Below, one piece after another: positions 1 through 8,699 of a stretch of DNA of 46,404 nucleotides. Source of the stretch: an uncultured Verrucomicrobiales bacterium (lineage in GTDB: Bacteria > Verrucomicrobiota > Verrucomicrobiia > Verrucomicrobiales > DEV007). Where the stretch lies: NCBI GenBank assembly GCA_938091905.1, contig CALKOM010000058.1, forward strand, positions 1 through 46,404. Reading direction: 5' to 3'. A program made the translations under genes and the position numbers. The notes below the pieces were generated by a model. The model was not told where the DNA came from and ran no database searches. It saw nothing but the letters and a program-made list of their open reading frames with translations. Numbering within the stretch: position 1 is the stretch's first letter; the number at the start of each line of letters is the position of its first letter.

Positions 1-245
1 TTACCTTCAAGGCGGCGATCTTACTTGATCTTGTTAGTGACTCCAGAGATCTACGTTCTTCTTGAGTTAGTCTGAGGCGATAAATCTTACGCATCCGACC
101 GAAGATAAGTCATTTAGGTAAAGTACAAGTCTTTTCTCGAAGGATTTATCAATTCAATGTGGACACTCTACTAGCATGGCTCTTCGCTGGGGGGCATCGA
201 AAGATTTCTGCTGACAGAGGAGGGGAGACCCGAGAGGATCTCCTC

Positions 246-1355
246 ATGAATCTCACTCCCCGTCCTAATCGGCGTCGGTTTCTCTCTCAGATCACTGCGG
301 GAGCCGGTGTTTCCACCGCTCTTTCTGCCCGCTCGGCGATGGCGGATCACCACGGCGGCGGAAAGAAGCTCGGCTTTGCCCTTGTCGGGCTCGGAAGTTT
401 GTCCACGAACCAGATCGCTCCGGGTTTGCTCAAAACGAAGCATTGTAAACTCGCGGGCATCGTTACCGGTACACCGGCCAAGGAGAAGGTGTGGGCCGAG
501 AAGTATGGGATCCCTGAGAAGAGTATCTACAACTACGAGAACTTCGATTCGATCAAAGATAATCCTGACATCGATGTTGTCTATGTCGTGCTTCCGAACT
601 CCATGCACAAGGAATACACGATTCGCGCCGCTGAGGCGGGGAAGCATGTCTTGTGCGAAAAGCCGATGGCAAATAGTGCGGCTGATTGCGAGGCGATGAT
701 CGCGGCCTGTCAGAAGGCGAACCGAAAGCTTGCCATTGGGTATCGATGCCAATTCGAGCCGCATCACGTGGAGATCATGCGTTTGGCTCGTGAGAAGAGT
801 TTTGGCGACATGAAGATAATTGAAGCGGGGTTTGGATTCAAGATCGGTAATCCCGACCAATGGCGTCTCAAAGCGGACCTCGCTGGTGGTGGTGCGCTCA
901 TGGATGTCGGGATCTATGCGTTGCAAGCCTGCCGATACCTTACCGGAGAGGAGCCTGCCGTTATCTCCGCAATGGAGGCCAAGACCGACCTTGAGAAGTT
1001 TAACGAGGTCGACGAGACCATCGTTTGGAGCATGAAATTCCCCAGTGGTGTCCTTGCCAATTGCAATACCACCTACAATTTTAGCGGTGTAAACCACTGT
1101 AAGGCCTCTTGTTCAAATGGCTGGTTTGGCTTAGACCCAGCGTATGGCTACGGTGGGATCACCGGCAAGACAAGCAAGGGCGATCTCAAGTTCGAGTCCG
1201 GCGACCAGTTTGCCGGCGAGATGGACGACTTCGCCAAGTCTATCAACGAAGACAAAGAATCTCGAGTCGCGGGCGAGGAGGGTCTCAAGGATCTCATCGC
1301 GATCGAAGCGATCTACAAATCGATCCGGACTGGAACACCCGTGAAACTGAGCTGA
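246..1355 (+). CDS. Gfo/Idh/MocA family oxidoreductase (glucose-fructose oxidoreductase-like), Tat-exported
   Basis: Twin-arginine NRRRFL signal, Rossmann ALVGLGSLS, HVLCEKPMA and GGGALMDVGIY motifs. ATG at 246 preferred over the ORF-track GTG at 159. Confidence 0.92.
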   Translation: MNLTPRPNRRRFLSQITAGAGVSTALSARSAMADHHGGGKKLGFALVGLGSLSTNQIAPGLLKTKHCKLAGIVTGTPAKEKVWAEKYGIPEKSIYNYENFDSIKDNPDIDVVYVVLPNSMHKEYTIRAAEAGKHVLCEKPMANSAADCEAMIAACQKANRKLAIGYRCQFEPHHVEIMRLAREKSFGDMKIIEAGFGFKIGNPDQWRLKADLAGGGALMDVGIYALQACRYLTGEEPAVISAMEAKTDLEKFNEVDETIVWSMKFPSGVLANCNTTYNFSGVNHCKASCSNGWFGLDPAYGYGGITGKTSKGDLKFESGDQFAGEMDDFAKSINEDKESRVAGEEGLKDLIAIEAIYKSIRTGTPVKLS

Positions 1356-1369
1356 CCAAAGGGATTTTA

Positions 1370-1505
1370 GACAGAATTACAGAATTTGCAGAAATACAAC
1401 ATGGGCATGTGCTAGGCAGTAGGGTGCCGCGAGTGTCGACAGGAGCTAGCCCAAGTTAAGAAACACTATGTCTTGGCAATTTTTCCTCAATTCTGTAATT
1501 CTGTC
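1370..1505. repeat. REP/MITE-like element bounded by a perfect 17-bp inverted repeat
   Basis: GACAGAATTACAGAATT (1370-1386) and its reverse complement AATTCTGTAATTCTGTC (1489-1505), with internally repeated ACAGAATT units. Confidence 0.8.
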
Positions 1506-1595
1506 AGAATAACTTTCGTCCTTTATCTAAAACTTCATCGTGAGACGAAATTCTTGCGCATAGCCGACGCATCCCGCTTTCCCAACCGCTCTGTT

Positions 1596-1886
1596 TCAGG
1601 CAACAGCACGGCGCTGAAATCCAATCTCGATGTTTGTTAGAATTCGCTCTACTGCGGATCGAGCTCTTTGAGCTTGAGTGTCCTCAGAGTCGGCTTCAAG
1701 AACTCGCCACTCCTTCAAGACTCGCTCGATCCCAAACTCTTGAGCGATTCGCAAGAGCACTCCATATTGTGGGCGGAGTAGCGACGCCCGAAACCAAACG
1801 GAATCGCTCGCTTTGGAATTCGACCAGACAATTCCACGAAACTCATCCCAGAACGGATTGGGAGTGACGGCTTCAGGTAGGCTCAC
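1596..1886 (-). CDS. Small hypothetical protein, probable antitoxin-like partner of an AbiEii-type nucleotidyltransferase
   Basis: 96-aa helical protein with GIVWSN...RASLLRP...EFGIERVLKEW. Resembles, from memory, small genes upstream of AbiEii/AbiGii genes; not verified by search. Confidence 0.6.
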   Translation of the reverse strand: MSLPEAVTPNPFWDEFRGIVWSNSKASDSVWFRASLLRPQYGVLLRIAQEFGIERVLKEWRVLEADSEDTQAQRARSAVERILTNIEIGFQRRAVA

Positions 1887-2021
1887 AGGAGAAACACCGC
1901 AGGCACAATCGTCTCTGGCAACCGAGCTTTCGAGGGCGGATCGTTGCCCACTAATATTCTTCTCGATCCCTCTTTCCGTGTGATTCTGTGCCCTTTTGTG
2001 GTTCTACTTCTTTGCAACGTC

Positions 2022-2768
2022 ATGCGCTACCTCCTTCCTATTCTCTTATCGTGCCTCGTCGCCAGCTGCAGCACGACCAGCTTTTCATCCCGAGAAAGTT
2101 CGGGTGGCGTCAGTCTTGCCCTCGATCACTGGGGCCATCGACCAGGGCCGCAGGGGTTTCAGACGGTGATCATCGATGCCGGCCATGGGGGGCGAGACTC
2201 TGGAGCGGTCTCTCGTCATACGGGTGACTATGAGAAGCACCTCGCGCTCGATACGGCCAAGCGCCTTGCCGATAAATTGCGAAGTCAGTTCAGAACGGTC
2301 TTCATTCGAACGGGGGACAGCTTTGTTGATCTCGACGACAGAGTGGCCCTGGCGAGTCGCCAAGGTGGGGCCATTCTTGTTAGCTTACACTATAACAGTA
2401 GTCCTAGTAGCCAAGTCCGAGGCCCGGAGACCTACTATTGGCGTGTGGACAGTCACGGTCTTGCCACGCGTATTCAGCGAGGCTTGGAAAGCGTCATTCC
2501 CGCCCGGTCTGGAAATTTGGGTCTTCGCCGGCGCCGGCTCCGTCTTACTCGGAATCCTCAGATTCCCTGCGTTCTCGTGGAGTTCGGCTACCTTAGCAAT
2601 GCAGGCGAGGCTCGACTGTGTGCCGCGCCCGGACATCGCGATCGTCTAGCCAGTGTGGTGGCCACTGCCATCCGTACCCAAGCTCAACTGGGGGATGCGG
2701 GGACTGGCCCCAAACCGCCTCCACTGAACCAGCCTCTGAGTCGACCTACCGATCCCCCTGGCTCCTGA
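2022..2768 (+). CDS. N-acetylmuramoyl-L-alanine amidase (Amidase_3), lipoprotein
   Basis: IIDAGHGGRDSGA, EK, VSLHYNS and VLVEFGYLSN motifs; lipobox VASC after a hydrophobic leader starting at ATG 2022. Confidence 0.93.
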   Translation: MRYLLPILLSCLVASCSTTSFSSRESSGGVSLALDHWGHRPGPQGFQTVIIDAGHGGRDSGAVSRHTGDYEKHLALDTAKRLADKLRSQFRTVFIRTGDSFVDLDDRVALASRQGGAILVSLHYNSSPSSQVRGPETYYWRVDSHGLATRIQRGLESVIPARSGNLGLRRRRLRLTRNPQIPCVLVEFGYLSNAGEARLCAAPGHRDRLASVVATAIRTQAQLGDAGTGPKPPPLNQPLSRPTDPPGS

Positions 2769-3235
2769 CTTCCCTGGATTAGAAGTCGGAGGTAGTCTCA
2801 GCTTCCAGCTGGGACCAGTGCTGTGGTTGACAAGTAAGGCGTGCAAGAACTCTCCAATCTCGCTCTTAACAGCCCTTAATGGCACCGAGATATAGAGGAT
2901 AGGAGCTACGGAACAACGTTTGCGCGTCGCAGAACCAACGATTATCCCCTGCATTGAGAAACTTAATTTTTCTTAACTAAATTTTGTTTCTACAGCGGTT
3001 TCGGGTCGCTCTCGCCCCAGCGTTTTGGAACGCATTTCAATTATTCTCCTAATTCTGGTAATTGTGAAGCCGTGAACTAATTGCTTTACTCTTTGTAGTG
3101 AGATGGTAGCGTAATCTCCATTGGGTGTCGCCATCCCTTTCAAGATCATTGCCAAATCATGTAAGGTTTCACGATTTTAGGTGTTATCCTGAAACGATCC
3201 GCTGCACTTTGCGTAGCATCGAATGAAACCAATTC

Positions 3236-3263
3236 TTGACCATCATCTCAAAAGTCCTACAAT
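3236..3263 (+). promoter_or_regulatory. Sigma70-type promoter candidate for the TIGR02597/PEP-CTERM pair
   Basis: TTGACC (3236-3241), 16-nt spacer, TACAAT (3258-3263), 18 nt upstream of ATG 3282. Confidence 0.55.
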
Positions 3264-3281
3264 TTATCTTTAAGACTCGCC

Positions 3282-4388
3282 ATGAAGACAACGAAACTTC
3301 TCTATCTCATTCCAGCCGCCTTGGGTTTTTCGATGGCGGGCGCTTTCGCTCAGTCCGTAGCTTCTCCTCCGATCGGATTCAACAAGGTTGTTTTAAAGGG
3401 AGGCTCTGACACTTTAATTTCCTTGCCGTTCCACCAGAAGCCTGCGTTTACCGGGTTAGTAGGAACGGTGACTGACTTGAGCGGTAATAGTGTTTCGGCG
3501 GGTGAAGATGTAGAGATTACGGTGTCGGGTACCCCAGGACCAGAATGGACGCCGACCGGGTTTATTGGGAGTCACTATGTCCGCATTACTTCCGGTGAGA
3601 ATGACGGCTATGCCTATGAGATTTTGGATAACGGTGCCGGATCGATCCAGCTGAATGGAAATGGTGGTGATTTATCTGGCATCCTTGGTACTGATACTTT
3701 TTCTGTGATACCCCATGCGACTCTGGACACTGTTTTTGCAGAGCCGGCTCCGGCAGGTGTCGTCTACGCGTCGACGAATCCTATTTCGGTTGATGGCACG
3801 GAAGTTTTGATTAGAGACAACGAGACGATGGCGTTGAATAAGGCAACAAGCGCATCGTTCTTCTATTATAATGGCGCTTGGCGGAAACGGGGTGAGGCTT
3901 TTACTGCAGATTTTGGAGCAGAGGTTTTGAGGCCTAGCACTCACTTTATTGTGAGACACAAGGCCGGTGTTGATGATACGCAGATCTGTGCAGACGGTAG
4001 GGTGCCTTTGTCGAAGAACGTGATTCAGATTGATGTAGATGCGGCGGGGAACGATAACTTTATCTCAGTGGACAGGCCGGTTCCCGTTCTTCTCGATGAT
4101 TTTGGAAGTAATTTAATTTCTGACAGTATTTTCGCTCCATCGCTTAACCCTATTTCAGTGGATGGCGACGAGTTGTTCGTTTACGACAATAGCATCGCGG
4201 TGCAAAATAAGTCTGCAAACAGTTCGTATTATTACTACAATGGGGCATGGCGCCTTCGTGGCGGAAGTTTCGCAGTGGATGTTGGGGCAGATCCCAATCA
4301 CGCGTTGAAGCCAGGCGAGGCAGTCGTAGTGCGCAAGAAAGCTGATACGGCTGCAACTTTATTTTTGGTTAACGAGCCAACCTACTAA
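3282..4388 (+). CDS. TIGR02597 family secreted protein
   Basis: Signal peptide, SPPIGFNKVVLKGGSDTLISLPF start, VIPHATLDTVF, and two copies of an NK...YYYNGAWR module typical of this verrucomicrobial family. Confidence 0.8.
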   Translation: MKTTKLLYLIPAALGFSMAGAFAQSVASPPIGFNKVVLKGGSDTLISLPFHQKPAFTGLVGTVTDLSGNSVSAGEDVEITVSGTPGPEWTPTGFIGSHYVRITSGENDGYAYEILDNGAGSIQLNGNGGDLSGILGTDTFSVIPHATLDTVFAEPAPAGVVYASTNPISVDGTEVLIRDNETMALNKATSASFFYYNGAWRKRGEAFTADFGAEVLRPSTHFIVRHKAGVDDTQICADGRVPLSKNVIQIDVDAAGNDNFISVDRPVPVLLDDFGSNLISDSIFAPSLNPISVDGDELFVYDNSIAVQNKSANSSYYYYNGAWRLRGGSFAVDVGADPNHALKPGEAVVVRKKADTAATLFLVNEPTY

Positions 4389-4418
4389 ATTATCTTTTCC
4401 CTCCTGCTTCCCTATCAA

Positions 4419-5012
4419 ATGAAATTGCCTTCTCTAGCTGCTTTTATCTTATTGTTCTTCGTCTGTAACTCGCAGGCGGTCATCACGTTGAATACCGGTT
4501 TTGGACCGCTTGTGGATGAGGGTGGCGCTGCAGTAGCGGTCGATTCTTCTGCTTTCTTGGTCGCCAGCACTTCCGATAGCAGTTTTGCGGATGTGGAACC
4601 GACAGATACTCTTTCTCCCGGGGATTTTCTTGGCGGGGTAGGCGGTGACGATTTGATATTGGGAAAGGTGACGTTGTTTGATGGTGGTGGAATGATCTTT
4701 GGCACTAGTCCTGTGGAGGTTACTCTTGTTGGGGACTTGACCGTAGGAGATCCGGTGATGTTCTTGTTTTTCTCATCTGATCATGATGGGACCAACCCGG
4801 CAGCCGGGGTGCGGTATGGAGCGATTACTAGTGGTGATGGTACATCTGATGCGTTTGTGATTCCAGGCGATGGCTCTACTGTTTCGCTTTCTAATTCGGA
4901 CTTTATTGGTGGAACAACGTATCCGACCAACCTAGCGGTTGTTCCTGAGCCATCTTCCACTTTATTGGTCTTACTTGGAGCTTTGTCATTGTTTGTTAGA
5001 AGGCGTCGGTAA
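4419..5012 (+). CDS. PEP-CTERM sorting domain-containing protein
   Basis: N-terminal signal peptide; C-terminal VPEPSSTLLVLLGALSLFVRRRR. Confidence 0.95.
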   Translation: MKLPSLAAFILLFFVCNSQAVITLNTGFGPLVDEGGAAVAVDSSAFLVASTSDSSFADVEPTDTLSPGDFLGGVGGDDLILGKVTLFDGGGMIFGTSPVEVTLVGDLTVGDPVMFLFFSSDHDGTNPAAGVRYGAITSGDGTSDAFVIPGDGSTVSLSNSDFIGGTTYPTNLAVVPEPSSTLLVLLGALSLFVRRRR

Positions 5013-5068
5013 TCGGGTTCTTGGTCTTTTCAGCAAAGCGCTGGAGAAAATATAGTTTTTTGAATGTG

Positions 5069-5092
5069 GCCTCATAAGGAGGCAGTCTTTTT
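5069..5092 (+). terminator. Possible weak intrinsic terminator after the PEP-CTERM gene
   Basis: GCCTC-ATAAG-GAGGC hairpin followed by AGTCTTTTT. Confidence 0.3.
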
Positions 5093-5124
5093 CAGCCATT
5101 ACCGCTTGGTTTTGCGCGTAGCCT

Positions 5125-5520
5125 GATGCTAATGGCTTCATCACAATGGGGACTATATCGGTGCAAACGGGGTGTCGGCGAAATCGTCCAGGACTCCGGC
5201 AGTCAGACCAATGGATCTGATCACATTGCCAATGACGTCTTCACTGTAGGAGGTGTTGCAGAAGACCGCTGATTCGGGGAATGGTGGTAACTCAATTGGG
5301 GTGCTTGCCAGCATCTTTGTCGGCGCGCTTGTTGGTGATGGAGCCTAGTCAGGCAATCAACTACGCATCGGAAGTGATACCTTCCATGACGTGGAAACCG
5401 GCGCGGTTACGGCGGCTATAGTATCACTCAGAACTACTCTGTGGCATCGCTCGGGTTGATCGAGGACATTGGAACTGGGAAATCCGAAAGGCGGCATTCT
5501 CGATGCGAGACATCTCTAGG
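5125..5520 (+). pseudogene. Possible degraded remnant of a Gly/Ser-rich exported protein gene
   Basis: Short protein-like pieces in different frames (EIVQDSGSQTNGSDHIANDVFTVGGVA; SGNGGNSIGVLASIFVGALVGDGA*SGNQLRIGSDTF; YSITQNYSVASLGL) interrupted by stops. No family identified. Confidence 0.3.
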
Positions 5521-5643
5521 TCAGAGCGGGTAATCGTTCTCCTGTGTTCCTGTGGGAAGAAGCTGTGGGAGAATGGGAGGCGTTCGGTAGTCGCCAAACA
5601 TCCTTGCCAGGAAAAGTCACGCGGGACGAACGCAGCTTCAAGA

Positions 5644-5671
5644 ACGCTCACCTATTGTGTGAGGTGGGCGT
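5644..5671. terminator. Hairpin just downstream of secA, probable terminator
   Basis: ACGCTCACCT / AGGTGGGCGT 10-bp stem with 8-nt loop, 16 nt from the secA stop. Confidence 0.5.
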
Positions 5672-5687
5672 GGGATGATTCTCTGAG

Positions 5688-8600
5688 CTACCTACCGCAG
5701 CACTGCTTGTACTTCTTGCCACTACCACAGGGGCAGGGTTCGTTTCGGCCGACCTTTGGTTGGTCGCGTTTGATCGGTAGGCGCACTTTGGGGCGATTCT
5801 CCTCCTCGCGATTGGTAGAAACGCCCTCAGGCATACCAGTGCCCGTTGAGGTAATAGAACCGCCCATGGTTACTGCGGCTTGTTGAGCTTCGTCAGCCGG
5901 GGATTGGGTGGAGGCTCCCTGGTGGAGGCTGGCGAGGAACTGCTTGAAGCCTTCGACATTGGTCGTGCTGCGGAAGAGGTTGGACAAGATATCAACGCGG
6001 ATACTGTCCATGAGTTCGACGAAGATGGAGTAGGCCTCGTTCTTGTATTCCACGAGGGGATCCTTCTGTCCGTAGGAGCGAAGTCTCACGGAATCACGTA
6101 GTGAGTCCATGGCATAGAGGTGTTCTTGCCAAAGACGATCAACCGCATTGAGCATGATGTGCTGCTCAAGCATGTTCCGAGCCTCAGGCTCTTCGTGCTC
6201 AGACTTCATGGTGTAAGCCTTGCGGATCTTCTCGGTGAGAAGCTCATCAACTTGCTCTTTGGTCTTCCCTTCAAATTCAGCCTCGTCCTTGATACCGAGT
6301 GGAAAGGTTGAATTCAGCCAGTAGATGAGACCGCCGAGGTCGTTGCCACCATCGTCACCTTCGGCAGGAGCATCGCTTAAATACTCACTCGTTTTGTAGG
6401 GGACGGCGTCTTCGATGATTTCTTGAATCATCGCATGAGGATCTTCCGTATCGAGGATGTCGTTGCGGAAACCGTAAACGACATCCCGCTGCTGGTTCAT
6501 GACGTTGTCATATTCCAGGATGTGTTTGCGCACTTGATAGTTGCGAGCCTCGACCCGTTTCTGGGCGGTTTCCACACTTTTATTGAGCCAGGGATGAGCG
6601 AGCTCTTGTCCCTCTTCGAGGCCGAAACGGTCCATCATCTTGGTCATGCGCTCGGACGCTCCGAAATTACGCATGAGGTTGTCCTCAAAGCTGATGAAAA
6701 AGATGGTTTCTCCGGGATCGCCCTGGCGAGCACAACGCCCGCGCAACTGACGGTCGATGCGGCGAGATTCATGGCGCTCTGTTGCTAACACCATGAGCCC
6801 ACCAAGATCAGGAACGCCTTCACCCAGCTTGATGTCCGTTCCGCGTCCGGCCATGTTGGTGGAGACGGTGACGGAGCCTTTCTGGCCTGCACCGGAAACG
6901 ATCTCGGCCTCGGCAGCGTGATGCTTGGCATTGAGGACGTTGTGTGGGATCTTGGCCCGGCTGAGAAGGCGCGAGACTTTCTCGGAATTGTCGACACTGG
7001 CGGTGCCGACAAGGATGGGCTGACCAGTGTTGTGGATCTCCTGAATGCGTTTCACTGCCGCATTGAGTTTCTCGCGCTCGGTCTTATAGATGTGGTCGTT
7101 TTCGTCCTTCCGTTGCACGGGACGATTGGTTGGTACCACCATTAGCTGTAGGCCGTAGATGTCGTGGAATTCGGCAGCTTCAGTTTCAGCTGTTCCGGTC
7201 ATACCTGACAGTTTCTGATATAGGCGGAAGTAGTTTTGGATGGTGATGGTGGCGAGAGTTTGTGTCTCGCGATCGATCTTGACCCCTTCCTTGGCTTCGA
7301 CGGCCTGGTGGAGGCCATCGCTCCAACGTCGCCCAGGCATCTTGCGTCCTGTGTGCTCGTCCACGATGACGACCTTGTTATCCTCGACTACATACTCACG
7401 ATCCCGCTCGTAGAGACAGTAGGCTTTGAGGAGTTGGGCAATGTTATGGATCCGCTCGCTTTGGAAATCGAGCTTCTTCTGCATTTCCTCTTTCTGCTTG
7501 GCTTGCTCTTCACGGGAGAGCGACTCATTCCCATCGATTTCGCTGAAAGCGCTGGCTAAGTCTGGCAAGACGAAGGCTTCTGGGTCCTCTGGATTCAGGA
7601 ATGAGCGGCCTTTGTCCGAGAGATCGGCATCGTGGGTCTTCTCGTCGATGCTATAATAGAGTTCTTCTTTGAGCGCAAAGAGGGCGGTTTTTTGAGTGTC
7701 CTGATAGTAGCTGAGCTCTGTTTTCTCGAGGTTTCGACGCACTTCGGGATCTTCCATCAGGCGCAGGAGGCCGCGATTTCGAGGCTGGCTCAACTTGACC
7801 TTCATCATGGAAGGCCCGGCTTCTTCGATCTCGCCTTTCTCTAGATGTGTCTTGGCTTCGGCGATGAGTTCATTGCAGAGAACGCCCTGCTTGCGAACGA
7901 GCTGATCCACCAGTGGTTTAAAACGATCAAATTGATGGGTGGATACCGAAACGGGGCCGCTAATGATTAACGGTGTCCGTGCTTCATCGATGAGAACGGA
8001 GTCAACCTCATCGACGATGGCAAAGTAGTGCCCGCGTTGAACTTGCTCCTCTTTGGAACGAGCCATGCCGTTGTCGCGCAGGTAGTCAAAGCCAAACTCG
8101 GCGTTCGTTCCATATGTGATGTCATTGGCATAGATATCGCGTCGCAGGTGGGGAGGCTGATTGTTTTGAATGCAGCCGACGGTAAGACCGAGAAACCGAT
8201 ACAAATGACCCATCCACTCGGAATCTCGCTTCGCGAGGTAATCATTCACGGTGACGACATGAACGCCTCGACCGGTAAGCGCGTTCAGATACACAGGGAG
8301 CGTCGCGACCAAGGTCTTGCCTTCACCCGTGGCCATCTCGGCGATGCGACCTTGGTGCAGAGACATGCCACCGATGAGCTGGACGTCGAAGTGGACCATT
8401 TCCCAGTCCATGGGCTGATCACAGACGATGAAGTTCGTTCCGCAGAGTCGGCGAGCCGCATTCTTTACCACGGCAAAGGCTTCTGGCAGGACTTCTTCGA
8501 GAGCTGCTTGGAGCTCATCATAATCCTCGATCTTGGAAAGCTGGGCCTTCCAGGTGAGGGTTTTCTCCTTTAGGGCGTCATCCGAGAGCTTTTGATACTC

Positions 8601-8699
8601 CTCCTCCAACTGATTGATTTTCAGAACGGTCGGCCACATCCGTTTGACGACACGCTGGTTTTTTGAGCCAAGCAGTTTCTTGGAAATCCATTGGAACAT
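5688..8699 (-). CDS. secA: Preprotein translocase ATPase SecA
   Basis: [51 protein letters not shown], and C-terminal SEC-C motif [19 protein letters not shown]. Confidence 0.99.
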   Translation of the reverse strand: MFQWISKKLLGSKNQRVVKRMWPTVLKINQLEEEYQKLSDDALKEKTLTWKAQLSKIEDYDELQAALEEVLPEAFAVVKNAARRLCGTNFIVCDQPMDWEMVHFDVQLIGGMSLHQGRIAEMATGEGKTLVATLPVYLNALTGRGVHVVTVNDYLAKRDSEWMGHLYRFLGLTVGCIQNNQPPHLRRDIYANDITYGTNAEFGFDYLRDNGMARSKEEQVQRGHYFAIVDEVDSVLIDEARTPLIISGPVSVSTHQFDRFKPLVDQLVRKQGVLCNELIAEAKTHLEKGEIEEAGPSMMKVKLSQPRNRGLLRLMEDPEVRRNLEKTELSYYQDTQKTALFALKEELYYSIDEKTHDADLSDKGRSFLNPEDPEAFVLPDLASAFSEIDGNESLSREEQAKQKEEMQKKLDFQSERIHNIAQLLKAYCLYERDREYVVEDNKVVIVDEHTGRKMPGRRWSDGLHQAVEAKEGVKIDRETQTLATITIQNYFRLYQKLSGMTGTAETEAAEFHDIYGLQLMVVPTNRPVQRKDENDHIYKTEREKLNAAVKRIQEIHNTGQPILVGTASVDNSEKVSRLLSRAKIPHNVLNAKHHAAEAEIVSGAGQKGSVTVSTNMAGRGTDIKLGEGVPDLGGLMVLATERHESRRIDRQLRGRCARQGDPGETIFFISFEDNLMRNFGASERMTKMMDRFGLEEGQELAHPWLNKSVETAQKRVEARNYQVRKHILEYDNVMNQQRDVVYGFRNDILDTEDPHAMIQEIIEDAVPYKTSEYLSDAPAEGDDGGNDLGGLIYWLNSTFPLGIKDEAEFEGKTKEQVDELLTEKIRKAYTMKSEHEEPEARNMLEQHIMLNAVDRLWQEHLYAMDSLRDSVRLRSYGQKDPLVEYKNEAYSIFVELMDSIRVDILSNLFRSTTNVEGFKQFLASLHQGASTQSPADEAQQAAVTMGGSITSTGTGMPEGVSTNREEENRPKVRLPIKRDQPKVGRNEPCPCGSGKKYKQCCGR

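Noticed and set aside
171..1097. 308-aa minus-strand ORF
   Set aside because: Antisense shadow of the Gfo/Idh/MocA gene with no motifs. The same applies to antisense ORFs inside secA, the RND genes, the rbsB-like gene, typA and tyrS (e.g. 8028-8573, 24745-25359, 31095-31679, 33286-33906).
2876..2900. Sigma54 promoter at TGGCAC (2880)
   Set aside because: No TTGC at the -12 position and about 400 bp from the next start codon.
2973..3155. 60-aa ORF, and the 102-aa ORF at 2646-2954, in the AT-rich gap
   Set aside because: No motifs or protein-like composition, and the longer one overlaps the amidase; treated as non-coding.
7330..7930. Extra ~100+ aa in the SecA preprotein-binding region as a possible intein
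   Set aside because: No intein terminal motifs (C/S start, HN-C/S/T end) and no LAGLIDADG; long SecA variants are a known lineage feature.
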